IMG/VR virus record: IMGVR_UViG_3300042510_000390
Location: 1-47,280 of that record
DNA from: a virus
Taxonomy: Duplodnaviria; Caudoviricetes
DNA: 47,280 nt
Strand: one strand, 5' to 3'
The notes beneath the pieces were generated by a model that had not been told where the DNA came from, ran no database searches, and saw only the letters and a list, made by a program, of their open reading frames with translations. This document shows positions 9,201-18,854 of the stretch, in pieces (position 1 is the first letter of the stretch; every line of letters begins with the position of its first letter). Position numbers and translations under genes: made by a program.

Positions 9201-9487
9201 TGGATATTTTTGATAAACAACCTGCAGATGTAGTCGATATAAATATCGACCTTTCTCAGTATCTACCTTCTACTGATTCCATCGTTAATGCGGTACCAAG
9301 TTTTGAGGGTACAGATGACGGAATACTAGTATTAGGTACTACCGCTATCAACAACACAACCAAAGTTGTTACACAGTGGGTTTCAGGTGGGACGGACGGT
9401 AAAAGTTACCATGTTGCAGTTACTATCACTTCGGCTGCGGGGCGAGTAAAGCAAGTGGATTTTAAAGTTAAAGTGAAGGAGATTTAA
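9197..9487 (+). CDS. Fibre-tail adaptor-like protein
   Basis: FDKQPADVVD..ID and WVSGGTDGKSY.V...T..GR motifs; precedes the fibre. Confidence 0.6.
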   Translation: MMDIFDKQPADVVDINIDLSQYLPSTDSIVNAVPSFEGTDDGILVLGTTAINNTTKVVTQWVSGGTDGKSYHVAVTITSAAGRVKQVDFKVKVKEI

Positions 9488-9488
9488 T

Positions 9489-10427
9489 ATGCCAGCATTA
9501 GTCACCAACAATGCTTCAGGTACGCTTGCTTCAGGTATAACCGCGGTAGCTACCACAATGTCATTGGGGACAGGGCAAGGCGCTCTATTCCCAGCAGCTT
9601 CAGGTACATCAGTATTCTGGGCAACGCTAATCAATTCAAGCAACCAACTAGAGATCGTTAAAGTCACTGCAAAATCTGGCGACACATTTACGATTGTTCG
9701 TGGTCAGGATGGTTCAACAGCTCGTGCTTATAGTACAGGCGATAAAATCGAACTTCGTCCTACGGCAGCACTATTTAACGCCAAGCTCGATGCAGATACA
9801 GCAGCACTGACGTATGCTCCTCTAGGAGGCACTGGTGCTTCAGGTACTTGGCCTATTTCAGTAAGTGGTAATGCGGCAACAGCATCAAATGCTACAAACC
9901 TAGGTGGTAATGCTGCAGCAACATATGCTCCATTAGCCTCTCCAACGTTTACTGGGACTCCATCAGGCCCAACTGCTGCAACTGGTACTAACACTACACA
10001 GTTAGCAACTACAGCTTTTGTACTACAAAACGGTTTTCCAGCAGGTACACGTCTAGCGTTCCAACAAACAGCAGCACCAACGTTTTGGACTAAAGATACA
10101 AACGCGGCGATCAACGATGCAATATTGCGTTTAGTTACAGGCACCGTTGGCTCAGGTGGTTCTACAGCGTTTAGTTCGTTTAACAGTCAGTCTTCCGTAG
10201 GTGCAACAACACTTGACGGCAATATGATTCCAAGCCATAGCCATAGTTTGTCGTCTATCTACGCTTCGTCTGGTAAAGCAATTGGTGCTGGTGATGGCGC
10301 ATTTTCTGGTACCCGTTCGTCTCCTTCAGGGTATTCAACACAAGCATCAGGTGGCGGCGGTTCACATACCCACGGCATTACAAGAAACATTAAATACTAC
10401 GATTTCATCATCGCATCTAAGAACTAA
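9489..10427 (+). CDS. Tail fibre protein
   Basis: NNASGTLA..EIVKVTA..TIVRGQDG N-domain, APLASPTFTGTP..TTQLATTAFV, collar-like FPAGT..QTAAPT.W, PSHSH tip. Confidence 0.85.
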   Translation: MPALVTNNASGTLASGITAVATTMSLGTGQGALFPAASGTSVFWATLINSSNQLEIVKVTAKSGDTFTIVRGQDGSTARAYSTGDKIELRPTAALFNAKLDADTAALTYAPLGGTGASGTWPISVSGNAATASNATNLGGNAAATYAPLASPTFTGTPSGPTAATGTNTTQLATTAFVLQNGFPAGTRLAFQQTAAPTFWTKDTNAAINDAILRLVTGTVGSGGSTAFSSFNSQSSVGATTLDGNMIPSHSHSLSSIYASSGKAIGAGDGAFSGTRSSPSGYSTQASGGGGSHTHGITRNIKYYDFIIASKN

Positions 10428-10442
10428 TTAGGAAGAATAACT

Positions 10443-11411
10443 ATGAAACTCTCTATTATCGCTTTAGACAAAGCAGTTTATGAAGACGGACTAAGCTATT
10501 CTGGCCTAGCCCTAGATACAGTACCTCAAAATGTTCGAGCGCTTCAGTGGGATACAGACGCTGGGCATATCGAATATAACGATGGTACCCAGAACGAAGA
10601 AATCACTTCTCTTCCAGACTGGACAGCTGGTGCATTGGAAGAATGGCAGCATGCGTATGATGTAGCGCACGAACCAGCACCCCCAAACACGTTCGAGGAA
10701 GAAATTATTGCAGCACATGCACAATTCCCAGCTATGAATGATGACGCTATTAACCAGCTTTTAGCAAACAAGTACCAAAACCTAGTGATTACAAAAACAG
10801 TACGTGCAGCAGATGCTACTATAATTGGTATCAGCGTTGAAGCTACAGCAGGTTACGATAACAACACTGGTGCAATTGGCCTCTTATCATTAAGAACATG
10901 TACCAATGACGCAATTGCACTAGGCGTGCCAATGCTTTCAATTTTGTTACCTAGAGAAGGCACAATCACAAAAGATCAGTTTGCTGATTTCTTGTTGAGC
11001 ATTTCTCCGTACAACAAGATTATTTACGGTGACAAAGCAAACTACGTTTACCAAGACTGGAACATCCCATTTGCTAAAAACCGTAAGCGCACAATCATTA
11101 ATACTGAGCGTACTGAACGAGTAAATTCTGGTATCACATGGAACGGTTACAACTGGAATACAGACGATGTCAGCCGTTCAAACCTAGTAAATGCTTTAGC
11201 TGTAGTTAACGCAGGTGGTCAGCTTCCAGCCGATTTTGTATGGCGCACCGCTGATAACGTAAACGTAGCTATGGATGCAGCTGGATTGAAAGCGCTTAAT
11301 GAAGCTGTAGCAACTCAAACTAATGCTTTCTACCAAGAATCTTGGAACCGTAAGGCAGCATTAGACGCTCTTCCAGCGGATTGTACATATGCGGAGATTG
11401 ACGCAATTTAA
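10443..11411 (+). CDS. Tail fibre assembly-like protein with C-terminal DUF4376-like domain
   Basis: N-terminal ALQW..GHIEY; C-terminal WNTDDVSRSNL...WRTADN. Confidence 0.6.
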   Translation: MKLSIIALDKAVYEDGLSYSGLALDTVPQNVRALQWDTDAGHIEYNDGTQNEEITSLPDWTAGALEEWQHAYDVAHEPAPPNTFEEEIIAAHAQFPAMNDDAINQLLANKYQNLVITKTVRAADATIIGISVEATAGYDNNTGAIGLLSLRTCTNDAIALGVPMLSILLPREGTITKDQFADFLLSISPYNKIIYGDKANYVYQDWNIPFAKNRKRTIINTERTERVNSGITWNGYNWNTDDVSRSNLVNALAVVNAGGQLPADFVWRTADNVNVAMDAAGLKALNEAVATQTNAFYQESWNRKAALDALPADCTYAEIDAI

Positions 11412-11422
11412 GGGTGATTAAA

Positions 11423-12298
11423 ATGGCTATTAGCAATGACGTTAAAATTAAGTTGGTTCAAGCGTTTGTATATGTATCAGCAATTTTGACTCTAGTGTTT
11501 GCTTGGGATACCCAGTTAGTTATTAATAGTTTGGTGATGGGCTGGGTATTATTTGGTTTAGGCGGAAGTATTTGTTTGCACAAGCTCTCTTCACACGGAG
11601 CTTTTAAACCTAAGAATAGGCTTATCAAATGGTTTATTTTGTGGTGCGGAACAATCGGTTCTTTAGGTAGCACAATCTGCTGGGCTGCCGGACATCGTGA
11701 GCATCATCAGCACGCGGATAAAAAGACCGACCCACATAGGCCGTACGGTTCTTTTTGGCACAAGATAAAGATGTGGTTCTACTATTTTCCGACTTGGAAA
11801 ATAAATCCAATGATTGTAAAAGACTTGTTGGAAGATAAAGACCACCAGTTTTTTCATAGGCACTACTACAAGATTATTCTTAGCTATGTAGTTTTACTGG
11901 CTTTGATTAATCCAGTATATGTTGGGTACTTCTATGCGATACCTGTTGTGTATACATTATTTGGTATTAGTTGGGCTACGGTAATTGCACACGTTCCGCA
12001 GCTTGGGTATTTGTCATGGAGAACATATAACACTCCAGACTACACGTACAACAGTAATTTTTGGAACGTGATTTTAATGGGTGAGGGATATCACAATACT
12101 CACCATGCATGTCCATGGTTATGGAATAACGCGTTGTACAAAGGCGAATGGGATGCTTCAGCTTGGGTCATTAAGTTGATTGGAATCCCAAACGACTTGC
12201 CGGCAAAACCGCACAAACCACCAAGAACAGGCAAAGCTTTACGTGATGAAATGGCAGCTGTACGTAAGAAACTACAGGAAAGCGGAGATGAACTTTAA
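11423..12298 (+). CDS. Membrane fatty acid desaturase 1 (Delta-9/OLE1-DesC-like)
   Basis: His boxes HKLSSH, HREHH, GEGYHNTHH; TM segments; ATG 11423 after AGGGTG. Confidence 0.9.
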   Translation: MAISNDVKIKLVQAFVYVSAILTLVFAWDTQLVINSLVMGWVLFGLGGSICLHKLSSHGAFKPKNRLIKWFILWCGTIGSLGSTICWAAGHREHHQHADKKTDPHRPYGSFWHKIKMWFYYFPTWKINPMIVKDLLEDKDHQFFHRHYYKIILSYVVLLALINPVYVGYFYAIPVVYTLFGISWATVIAHVPQLGYLSWRTYNTPDYTYNSNFWNVILMGEGYHNTHHACPWLWNNALYKGEWDASAWVIKLIGIPNDLPAKPHKPPRTGKALRDEMAAVRKKLQESGDEL

Positions 12299-13067
12299 GC
12301 TATCTCACAGTGATAAGGTAAAAATACTGCAAGCAATATGCATAGTCGGGCTGCTAGCTATACCGATTTGGTTCGATGCAAAATTGTTGGTAGTAGGATT
12401 AATACTTGGGTGGGTATTTCACGGTGTAGGGTTATGTGTAACGTTACACAGGTTGTGTACTCACAGAGCGTTTGAACCTAGAAACAGTGTAGTAAAAAGT
12501 TTTCTACTTTACGTATCAGTTCTTTGTACGCTAGGGAGTCCGATAGCATGGGCTGTGACGCATAGAGCGCATCACAAATATACAGACCTAGTAAACGATC
12601 CTACGTATCCTCATGGCAATGCTTGGCACGTGATTAAAAACTTTTTTTCGTACTATGACAGTGTAAAAGGCGAGAAGCTTTGTGCTAAAGACTTGTTTAC
12701 AGATAAACAATATTTGTTTTTTCACCGTAATTATTTTAAGCTTTTAGCAGTATATGTTTTTGGGTTACTACTAGCTTCACCTGTTTACATAGTCTACTTT
12801 TACGCGGTTCCGGTAGTCTTTAGCGTTGTATGTATTGGATGGGTTTCAACACTAGCACATCTGCCAAAGCTATCAGTGTTTGGGTATAGGAATTTTGATA
12901 CACCTGATACTACATACAACAGCCATTTTTGGCAGGTAGTAACAATGGGCGAAGGTCTACACAACAATCACCACGCAAATGCAGGTAATAGAAACACAGC
13001 TATCAAGTGGCATGAATTTGATATTGCCGCGTTGATAATAAGAATGATTGGTAAACCAAATGTTTAA
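12288..13067 (+). CDS. Membrane fatty acid desaturase 2 (Delta-9/OLE1-DesC-like)
   Basis: His boxes HRLCTH, HRAHH, GEGLHNNHH; start moved to ATG 12288 to match the paralog. Confidence 0.9.
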   Translation: MNFKLSHSDKVKILQAICIVGLLAIPIWFDAKLLVVGLILGWVFHGVGLCVTLHRLCTHRAFEPRNSVVKSFLLYVSVLCTLGSPIAWAVTHRAHHKYTDLVNDPTYPHGNAWHVIKNFFSYYDSVKGEKLCAKDLFTDKQYLFFHRNYFKLLAVYVFGLLLASPVYIVYFYAVPVVFSVVCIGWVSTLAHLPKLSVFGYRNFDTPDTTYNSHFWQVVTMGEGLHNNHHANAGNRNTAIKWHEFDIAALIIRMIGKPNV

Positions 13068-13512
13068 ACTATTAAGGCATCAAGCAGTATGTCTACCTTC
13101 CGATAATAACAAGATTGAGCGCATAACGCGCTATTCACTATCATTCCTAATCGACAGGGTATGTATAAACATACTAAAAAAAGAAATTCCATACTTACAT
13201 AGTCATCCTTGGAATTTTGTAAGTATCGTACTTTGGGGCGGATACAAAGAGACAAGATTTATAGATGGGAAGATAACTGAAGAGATACACAAACCAGGCT
13301 CAATTATTTACAGAAAATATGATGACTTTCACATAGTAACGCCATTAAAAGATAAGGCAATAACGTTATTTTTTAGGTCAAAGCCGCTAGTTAAAGCATC
13401 GCAATATCTAATTAATGGCGAAATAGTATCTGATACAAAGTTTTGGCTATCTCAAGGCTACTCTAAAGAAATGCTCAAACAATCCTATCAAAAAATGTAC
13501 AACAGTAAATAA
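13060..13512 (+). CDS. Cupin-fold protein
   Basis: LHSHPWNFVSIVLWGGYKE...FHIV metal-binding cupin pattern. Confidence 0.65.
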   Translation: MFKLLRHQAVCLPSDNNKIERITRYSLSFLIDRVCINILKKEIPYLHSHPWNFVSIVLWGGYKETRFIDGKITEEIHKPGSIIYRKYDDFHIVTPLKDKAITLFFRSKPLVKASQYLINGEIVSDTKFWLSQGYSKEMLKQSYQKMYNSK

Positions 13513-13527
13513 TAAGGAGAAAACCAA

Positions 13528-13767
13528 ATGGATACCGTAGAAAGCAAGGTCAAGCAAGTAATAGTAAAAAGCATTAAAGGTATAGACGTTGATAAGATAA
13601 AACCAGAATGTACGCTTGAACAGCTTGGAGCCGATTCTTTAGACGCCGTAGAAATGATTCTTGCAGTCGAACAAGAATTTAAGATTTCCATTTCAGAAGA
13701 CGACTTTGAGAATCTTGATACTGTAGCGTCAATCATAAATCTAGTTAACGAGAAAACAAATGGCTAA
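13528..13767 (+). CDS. acpP: Acyl carrier protein
   Basis: 79 aa acidic protein; LGADSLDAVEMILAVEQEF with the phosphopantetheine Ser; AAGGAG RBS. Confidence 0.92.
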   Translation: MDTVESKVKQVIVKSIKGIDVDKIKPECTLEQLGADSLDAVEMILAVEQEFKISISEDDFENLDTVASIINLVNEKTNG

Positions 13768-14080
13768 GGACGCAAAAATACTATGCCCAATGATGGGCGG
13801 TGAATGTATTGAAGACGGTTCTATAAGAGATGGTGAATTAGTAGCGTGTCGATTCTGGGTGCATGTACATGGTAAGAACCCTCAGACAGGCGAAGATGTT
13901 AGGAACGGTGATTGCGCAATAGCTTGGACACCAATGCTTCTAATTGAAAATAGTAAAGTAAATCGAGAGACTGGTGCAGCAGTAGAATCGCTTCGAAACG
14001 AAAACGTGACTACAGGGCAGCAGATTACAGGTGCGTTAATGCAAGTAGCCACTGCTAAAAATGCGGGGTTGCTAGAGTAA
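13760..14080 (+). CDS. Cys-rich tail-associated hypothetical protein
   Basis: CP...C...CRFW...G.NPQTG...DCAIAW.PMLLIENS...GAAVESLRNE. Confidence 0.65.
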   Translation: MAKDAKILCPMMGGECIEDGSIRDGELVACRFWVHVHGKNPQTGEDVRNGDCAIAWTPMLLIENSKVNRETGAAVESLRNENVTTGQQITGALMQVATAKNAGLLE

Positions 14081-14089
14081 AGGAAGATT

Positions 14090-16972
14090 ATGCCAGCATA
14101 CAGACTAAAACAATTTGCGGGTCAGGTACCTAAAACTGATCCACGTGAGATTCCAGCTAATGCTGCTCAAGACGCTACTAATGTGTTTTTAACTTCAGGT
14201 CGTATTGATCCGATGTACCAACCGCTTCAAGTAGCTAATATTGTTTCGTCTGTTGCTAAAACTATCTACCGATTATTTAACGGCTCTAAGTCAGTATGGT
14301 TAAGTTGGAACGAGCAAGTAGATATTGCAGAGTCTCCAGTGTATATAGCAAACAACTCTCGTATCGCATATGCATCACCAGAATTTGAACCTAGGCAGAC
14401 AGACCTTACGTTGGCATACGGTGCTTTTCCGTACCCTTCAAATTGTTATGTACTTGGAGTAACTCCACCAGTTACAGCGCCTAATCTTGTAGCCGTTGTC
14501 GGCGGGTCTGGTACAGTGGAAGAGCGTTCGTACGTTTATACGTTTGTAACCCAGTGGGGCGAAGAATCGGCTCCATCTCCAGCAATGTCACTAAACATCA
14601 CAGCAGGAAGTTTTACTGGGTCTATATCTGCGACAACGCTAACAGTAAGCGATGTGTCTTCAGGGTTACTTGCAACTAGTCAAGTTGTTACTGGTACCGG
14701 AGTGGCTACCAACACAATGATTACAGCGCAACTTACATCCACTAGTCCAGTAGTAAATACACAAGTTTATTCTGCCGGTGGAGCCGCTGGGTCTTCATAC
14801 TTACTAATTGATAACCCTCTAGGGCTAAGTATTGGGCAGTACGTAGGTGGTACAGGTATAGCTGTAGGTACGACTATTACGGCAGTAACTGGTAACATGT
14901 TAACGCTATCCAACCCGCTAACAGCTCAAGCAGCTGGTGTATATAGCATCTATTACTTCTACCCGTCTGCATACACTAACTATGGTTCTGGTGGTGCCGC
15001 TGGCGCTTCAACATTTGATGTAACTAGTAATACAGGTATAGCCACTGGACAGCTTGTCACAGGCACTGGTGTTCCAGCTAATACAACGGTAACAGGAGTG
15101 TCGTCAACAACGGTTACATTATCTAACCCGCTAACAGCGCAAGCATCGGGAGCATATTCATTTAACACTAGGATTACTACCGTTAGCTATAAAGCTAGCG
15201 GAGCTACCGGTGGCGGTTCTATCACTTTAAGTGCTATCGATGGTTTTGTCGTTGGACAGTTTATCTCTGGAACAGGTATTGCATCTGGCACAACTATCAC
15301 TTCAGTGGATACTGAAACAAAAACAATCACGCTATCTAATTTACTACTTGTTCAAGCAGCGGGTTCATATAGCGTTTACGCGTCAGGTCTAGCTGGAACA
15401 TACACAGTCAGCATCTCACAAACTGTTGCAAGCACTGCGATGGCTAACAATACTACACATGCGTTTGCAAACGGTACGTGGAACATAGACCTTCCAGACA
15501 CATCTCCAAGCAACGAGTACTTTATTTCTGCAGCTGCTAAGGCCCCCGGTGTTGTAGTTTTAACGCTTAATACTGTATTTGGTTTAAGAGCGATGGAGAC
15601 AATTACAATTACTGGTGTGACTTCTGGCATGACAGATTTGAATGGCACGTTCCAAGTTCAGTCTGTAAATACCGCAGCTAAACAAGCGACTATTGCTTTA
15701 ACAACTTCGCAGACATATACATCTGGCGGTATGGCAACTAGAGCAGCACCGCACAACATTACCGGTATGATGAAGCGTGTATACCGCACTGTAACTACAT
15801 CTACAGGAACTACATACTATCAAGTAGGCGAAGATATTTCTGCGCTTGTTACAGCGTTCTATGATTCATACATAGACGTCGGTGCGCCATTAGTTACATC
15901 TGGTTGGGCAATGCCTCCAGCTAACTTAAAAGGTCTTGTTACACATCCATCTGGTGCAATGGTTGGTTTTGTTGGTAATCAGATTTACATGTCTATGCCA
16001 TATAGTATTTACGCATGGCCTATTACCCAAACAAACACTATCGACTTTAATATTGTAGGGTTGGGCGTATTTGGACAAACAGTAGTTGTTACTACTGACG
16101 GGCATCCATACACAATCACATTTACTGATCCAGCGGCGGCGACACCTCAGAAACTAGATAAAGACTGGGCATGTTTATCAGCTCGCGGTATCGAGGTGTT
16201 TAACGAAGGTGTGTTTTACCCTACTAACTTAGGTCTAGTTTACATCGGCTCTATGGGCGCCAATTTAATTTCAGAACAGTATTTTTCTCAACGTGACTGG
16301 GAAAAACTAAACCCAAGTACGTTTGTGTCATGCCACTATGATGACAGATATTATGCTGCTTACGACGACGGGATTGCACCTAAAGTAATGGTGTTTTCTA
16401 AATCAGAAGGGATTACATACCTTAACCTGCAGCCGACAGCCATGATTACAGACAGGCAAGACGGTCAGGCATATATGTCTAGTAATGGTTACGTAGCCAA
16501 ACTGAATGCTAACGTCGGACTGTTTATGCCGTATAGCTGGAAGAGCAAAGAGTTTGTAGAGTCAAACCCAGTAAACTTAGGGGCATGTAAAGTAGATTTT
16601 ACTGGTGCAGTATCGCCAGCAGTTGAAGAGGCTATTGCAGCGCAGAACGCAATAATTGTTGCTAAGAATGTAGTGATTTTAGCTAACCCGCTAGGCACGC
16701 TAGGTGCTATGAATAACGCGCCTCTGAACGAATACAAAGTAGCTGGTTCATTATTGTGGGATACATTGTCAGCCGGCGTTGATGGGTACTACTTATCAGT
16801 ATCGCTTTACGCAAATGGTGTACTGCAGTTTACTAAAAAAGTAACTGATAACCACGTATGGCGTTTTCCAGCAGGACTTAAATACGACAACTATTCAATC
16901 GGTATTACTGGTACAGCTCCTGTTAAAGCAGTTGTTATCGGTGGTACACCTATGGAGCTAAAACAAGCATGA
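14090..16972 (+). CDS. Tail tubular B / nozzle-like stabilisation protein with inserted beta-rich repeats
   Basis: 960 aa; RSYVYTFVTQWGEESAPSP, AMPPANLKGL, SMPY..YAWP, CLSARGI, YSWKSKEF. Confidence 0.75.
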   Translation: MPAYRLKQFAGQVPKTDPREIPANAAQDATNVFLTSGRIDPMYQPLQVANIVSSVAKTIYRLFNGSKSVWLSWNEQVDIAESPVYIANNSRIAYASPEFEPRQTDLTLAYGAFPYPSNCYVLGVTPPVTAPNLVAVVGGSGTVEERSYVYTFVTQWGEESAPSPAMSLNITAGSFTGSISATTLTVSDVSSGLLATSQVVTGTGVATNTMITAQLTSTSPVVNTQVYSAGGAAGSSYLLIDNPLGLSIGQYVGGTGIAVGTTITAVTGNMLTLSNPLTAQAAGVYSIYYFYPSAYTNYGSGGAAGASTFDVTSNTGIATGQLVTGTGVPANTTVTGVSSTTVTLSNPLTAQASGAYSFNTRITTVSYKASGATGGGSITLSAIDGFVVGQFISGTGIASGTTITSVDTETKTITLSNLLLVQAAGSYSVYASGLAGTYTVSISQTVASTAMANNTTHAFANGTWNIDLPDTSPSNEYFISAAAKAPGVVVLTLNTVFGLRAMETITITGVTSGMTDLNGTFQVQSVNTAAKQATIALTTSQTYTSGGMATRAAPHNITGMMKRVYRTVTTSTGTTYYQVGEDISALVTAFYDSYIDVGAPLVTSGWAMPPANLKGLVTHPSGAMVGFVGNQIYMSMPYSIYAWPITQTNTIDFNIVGLGVFGQTVVVTTDGHPYTITFTDPAAATPQKLDKDWACLSARGIEVFNEGVFYPTNLGLVYIGSMGANLISEQYFSQRDWEKLNPSTFVSCHYDDRYYAAYDDGIAPKVMVFSKSEGITYLNLQPTAMITDRQDGQAYMSSNGYVAKLNANVGLFMPYSWKSKEFVESNPVNLGACKVDFTGAVSPAVEEAIAAQNAIIVAKNVVILANPLGTLGAMNNAPLNEYKVAGSLLWDTLSAGVDGYYLSVSLYANGVLQFTKKVTDNHVWRFPAGLKYDNYSIGITGTAPVKAVVIGGTPMELKQA

Positions 16973-17157
16973 AGAAGCCAGCTATCCCTGCGGTACCGTT
17001 TGGAACACAGCAGTATGAATACCTTACAGCAGTTAAACAAAATATTGACATGCTTTCTGGAAAAGTGGGTGGAAAAATTAGCACCCTTGGCGGGCAAGCA
17101 ACTCTGGGCGACGTGATAAATAAATTGAACGAGGTTATTGACAAGCTGCAATCTTAA
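16969..17157 (+). CDS. Small virion-module hypothetical protein
   Basis: MKKPAIPAVP..AVKQNIDML; ATGA overlap. Confidence 0.6.
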   Translation: MKKPAIPAVPFGTQQYEYLTAVKQNIDMLSGKVGGKISTLGGQATLGDVINKLNEVIDKLQS

Positions 17158-17158
17158 C

Positions 17159-17187
17159 TTGCTTACATGTTAACAATATGGTATAAG
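17159..17187 (+). promoter_or_regulatory. sigma70 promoter plus operator for the GNAT/ejection operon (probably leaderless)
   Basis: TTGCTT(17159-64)-17 nt-TATAAG(17182-87), ATG at 17193; operator TTGCTTACATGTTAACAA. Confidence 0.7.
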
Positions 17188-17192
17188 GCAGT

Positions 17193-17615
17193 ATGACAAA
17201 ACGCATCCTTTGCACCGAGTCCGATAAGGTTCGCGTAGGCGAATGGGTGTTTGCTCGCACAGGCGGAAAGTTCCTTCCAGAGATAGCACAGGCAATAGGT
17301 TTAGAGAAAGACGGCGAGCTTATTGCAGGGGCCGTTTTTGAGAGTTGGAACGGTGCTGTTGTATATGGGCATTTAGCAATTGCTAATAAGTACGGCATTA
17401 ATCGCGAGTTCCTAAAGTTCAACTTCCAATATGTTTTTAATCAGCTAAAAGCTAAAAAGTTAATAGGCATGGTAGCAAGCACAAATACAGATGCTATCAA
17501 GCTAGATGAAAACTTTGGGTATGTATTAGAAGCAACTATTAAAGATGGTGTACCAAATGGCGACATGCTTATTTACACAATGACTAAAGAGCAGTGCCGA
17601 TTTTTGAAGGACTAG
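17193..17615 (+). CDS. GNAT-family acyltransferase (P22 gp14-like position)
   Basis: FQYVFNQL..KKLIGMV..N..AIKL.ENFGY.LEA GNAT C-terminal motif. Confidence 0.8.
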   Translation: MTKRILCTESDKVRVGEWVFARTGGKFLPEIAQAIGLEKDGELIAGAVFESWNGAVVYGHLAIANKYGINREFLKFNFQYVFNQLKAKKLIGMVASTNTDAIKLDENFGYVLEATIKDGVPNGDMLIYTMTKEQCRFLKD

Positions 17616-17618
17616 AAC

Positions 17619-18854
17619 ATGAGATATGATCACTTTTCGATGCTGCCTGAAAGGGCATTCCAGCCAGTAGGCAAACGCATGACTCTTGAAGGCGGTGGTA
17701 AAGGTGACGCTCCGGCTGCTCCAGACTATTCACAAATTGCAGCATCAAATGAAGCCGCTGCTAAGATTGCGGCAGAATCAGCAGCTAATGATTTAGCATT
17801 CCGTAAAAGCGTTTACGCAGACTCACAACCACGTCAGCAACAGCTATATGATTTAGCTAGTCAAATAGCAGGTCGTCAAGTAACGATGATGGATCAGAAC
17901 CAAAAAATCGCCAACGATAATAACAACTACTACAACAACACATTCCAACCTATCGAATCTCAAACAGTAATGGATTCCATGGGTTCTCAGTATTTAAGCA
18001 ATGGTGATCGTTTACGTTTAGCTAATGTAATGAATGGTACTTCTGGCCTTACAGGGAACCAACGCACATTGGCGATTGATGAGATTGCACGTAACGCTCA
18101 AAACGGTGCAGCAGACCAAGCACGACAACAAGCTATTGCGCAAAGTAACGGCGCATATTCACAGCAAGCACAAAGCCTAGCGCGTATGGGTCTTGACCCT
18201 TCACGTTTAGCTGCAGCTGCAGCTGGTCTTGCACAGAACCAAACAGCAAACCAAATTAACGCTGCTAACCAAGCACGTACAAATACGTTTAACCAACAAG
18301 CCGGTCTTCGTACTGGTGTAGCTAACTTTGGTCGCAACATGCCTAACACTGCAACACAGGCTTACGCTACTGCCGGCAACATGGGTAACAGCGCAGTTAA
18401 CAATCAAAACACAGGCTTTCAGTCAGGTCTTCCATACGCTAACTACGTATCTGGTTCAGTACCTAACTCAATCAATGCGGCAAACACTCAAGTACAAGGC
18501 AACCTAGGTTTAGGTCAACTAATGAATGGCGCCTACAACACACAAATGCAAGCGTACGCTAGTCAAGGAGACATGCTCGGTGGCTTGATGGGCTTAGGCA
18601 GTTCTTTAGGTAGTGCTTACATTATGAGAGGCTCTGATAGAAACATTAAGGAAAACATCAAACGCCTTGGTGAGCTTGATAACGGTCTTGTTATTTACGA
18701 ATTTGAGTATAAAGAACCGTACAAAAATGTGTGGGGACATGGGCGCAAGATTGGCGTTATGGCTGACGAGGTTGAATCAGTTCTTCCAGCTGCCGTTTCT
18801 GTGCATCCAGACGGGTACAAGGTAGTTGATTACAGCATGATTGGAGCAGCGTAA
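17619..18854 (+). CDS. Ejection protein (P22 gp7-like) with C-terminal peptidase S74-like domain
   Basis: Leader ending LEGGGKG, Q/A/N-rich body, Gly-rich hydrophobic patch, SDRNIKENI...GVMADEV...V.Y. Confidence 0.7.
   Translation: MRYDHFSMLPERAFQPVGKRMTLEGGGKGDAPAAPDYSQIAASNEAAAKIAAESAANDLAFRKSVYADSQPRQQQLYDLASQIAGRQVTMMDQNQKIANDNNNYYNNTFQPIESQTVMDSMGSQYLSNGDRLRLANVMNGTSGLTGNQRTLAIDEIARNAQNGAADQARQQAIAQSNGAYSQQAQSLARMGLDPSRLAAAAAGLAQNQTANQINAANQARTNTFNQQAGLRTGVANFGRNMPNTATQAYATAGNMGNSAVNNQNTGFQSGLPYANYVSGSVPNSINAANTQVQGNLGLGQLMNGAYNTQMQAYASQGDMLGGLMGLGSSLGSAYIMRGSDRNIKENIKRLGELDNGLVIYEFEYKEPYKNVWGHGRKIGVMADEVESVLPAAVSVHPDGYKVVDYSMIGAA

Noticed and set aside
9489-10427. Diversity-generating retroelement or invertible fibre cassette
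   Set aside because: No reverse transcriptase, invertase or duplicated template region noticed in the window
12180-12287. N-terminal extension of desaturase 2 from TTG 12180
   Set aside because: Long overlap with desaturase 1; ATG 12288 aligns with the paralog's start
11423-13767. Desaturase/ACP block as host contamination or chimera
   Set aside because: Genes are co-oriented, closely abut the upstream tail gene and overlap the downstream one; read mapping would be needed to exclude this completely
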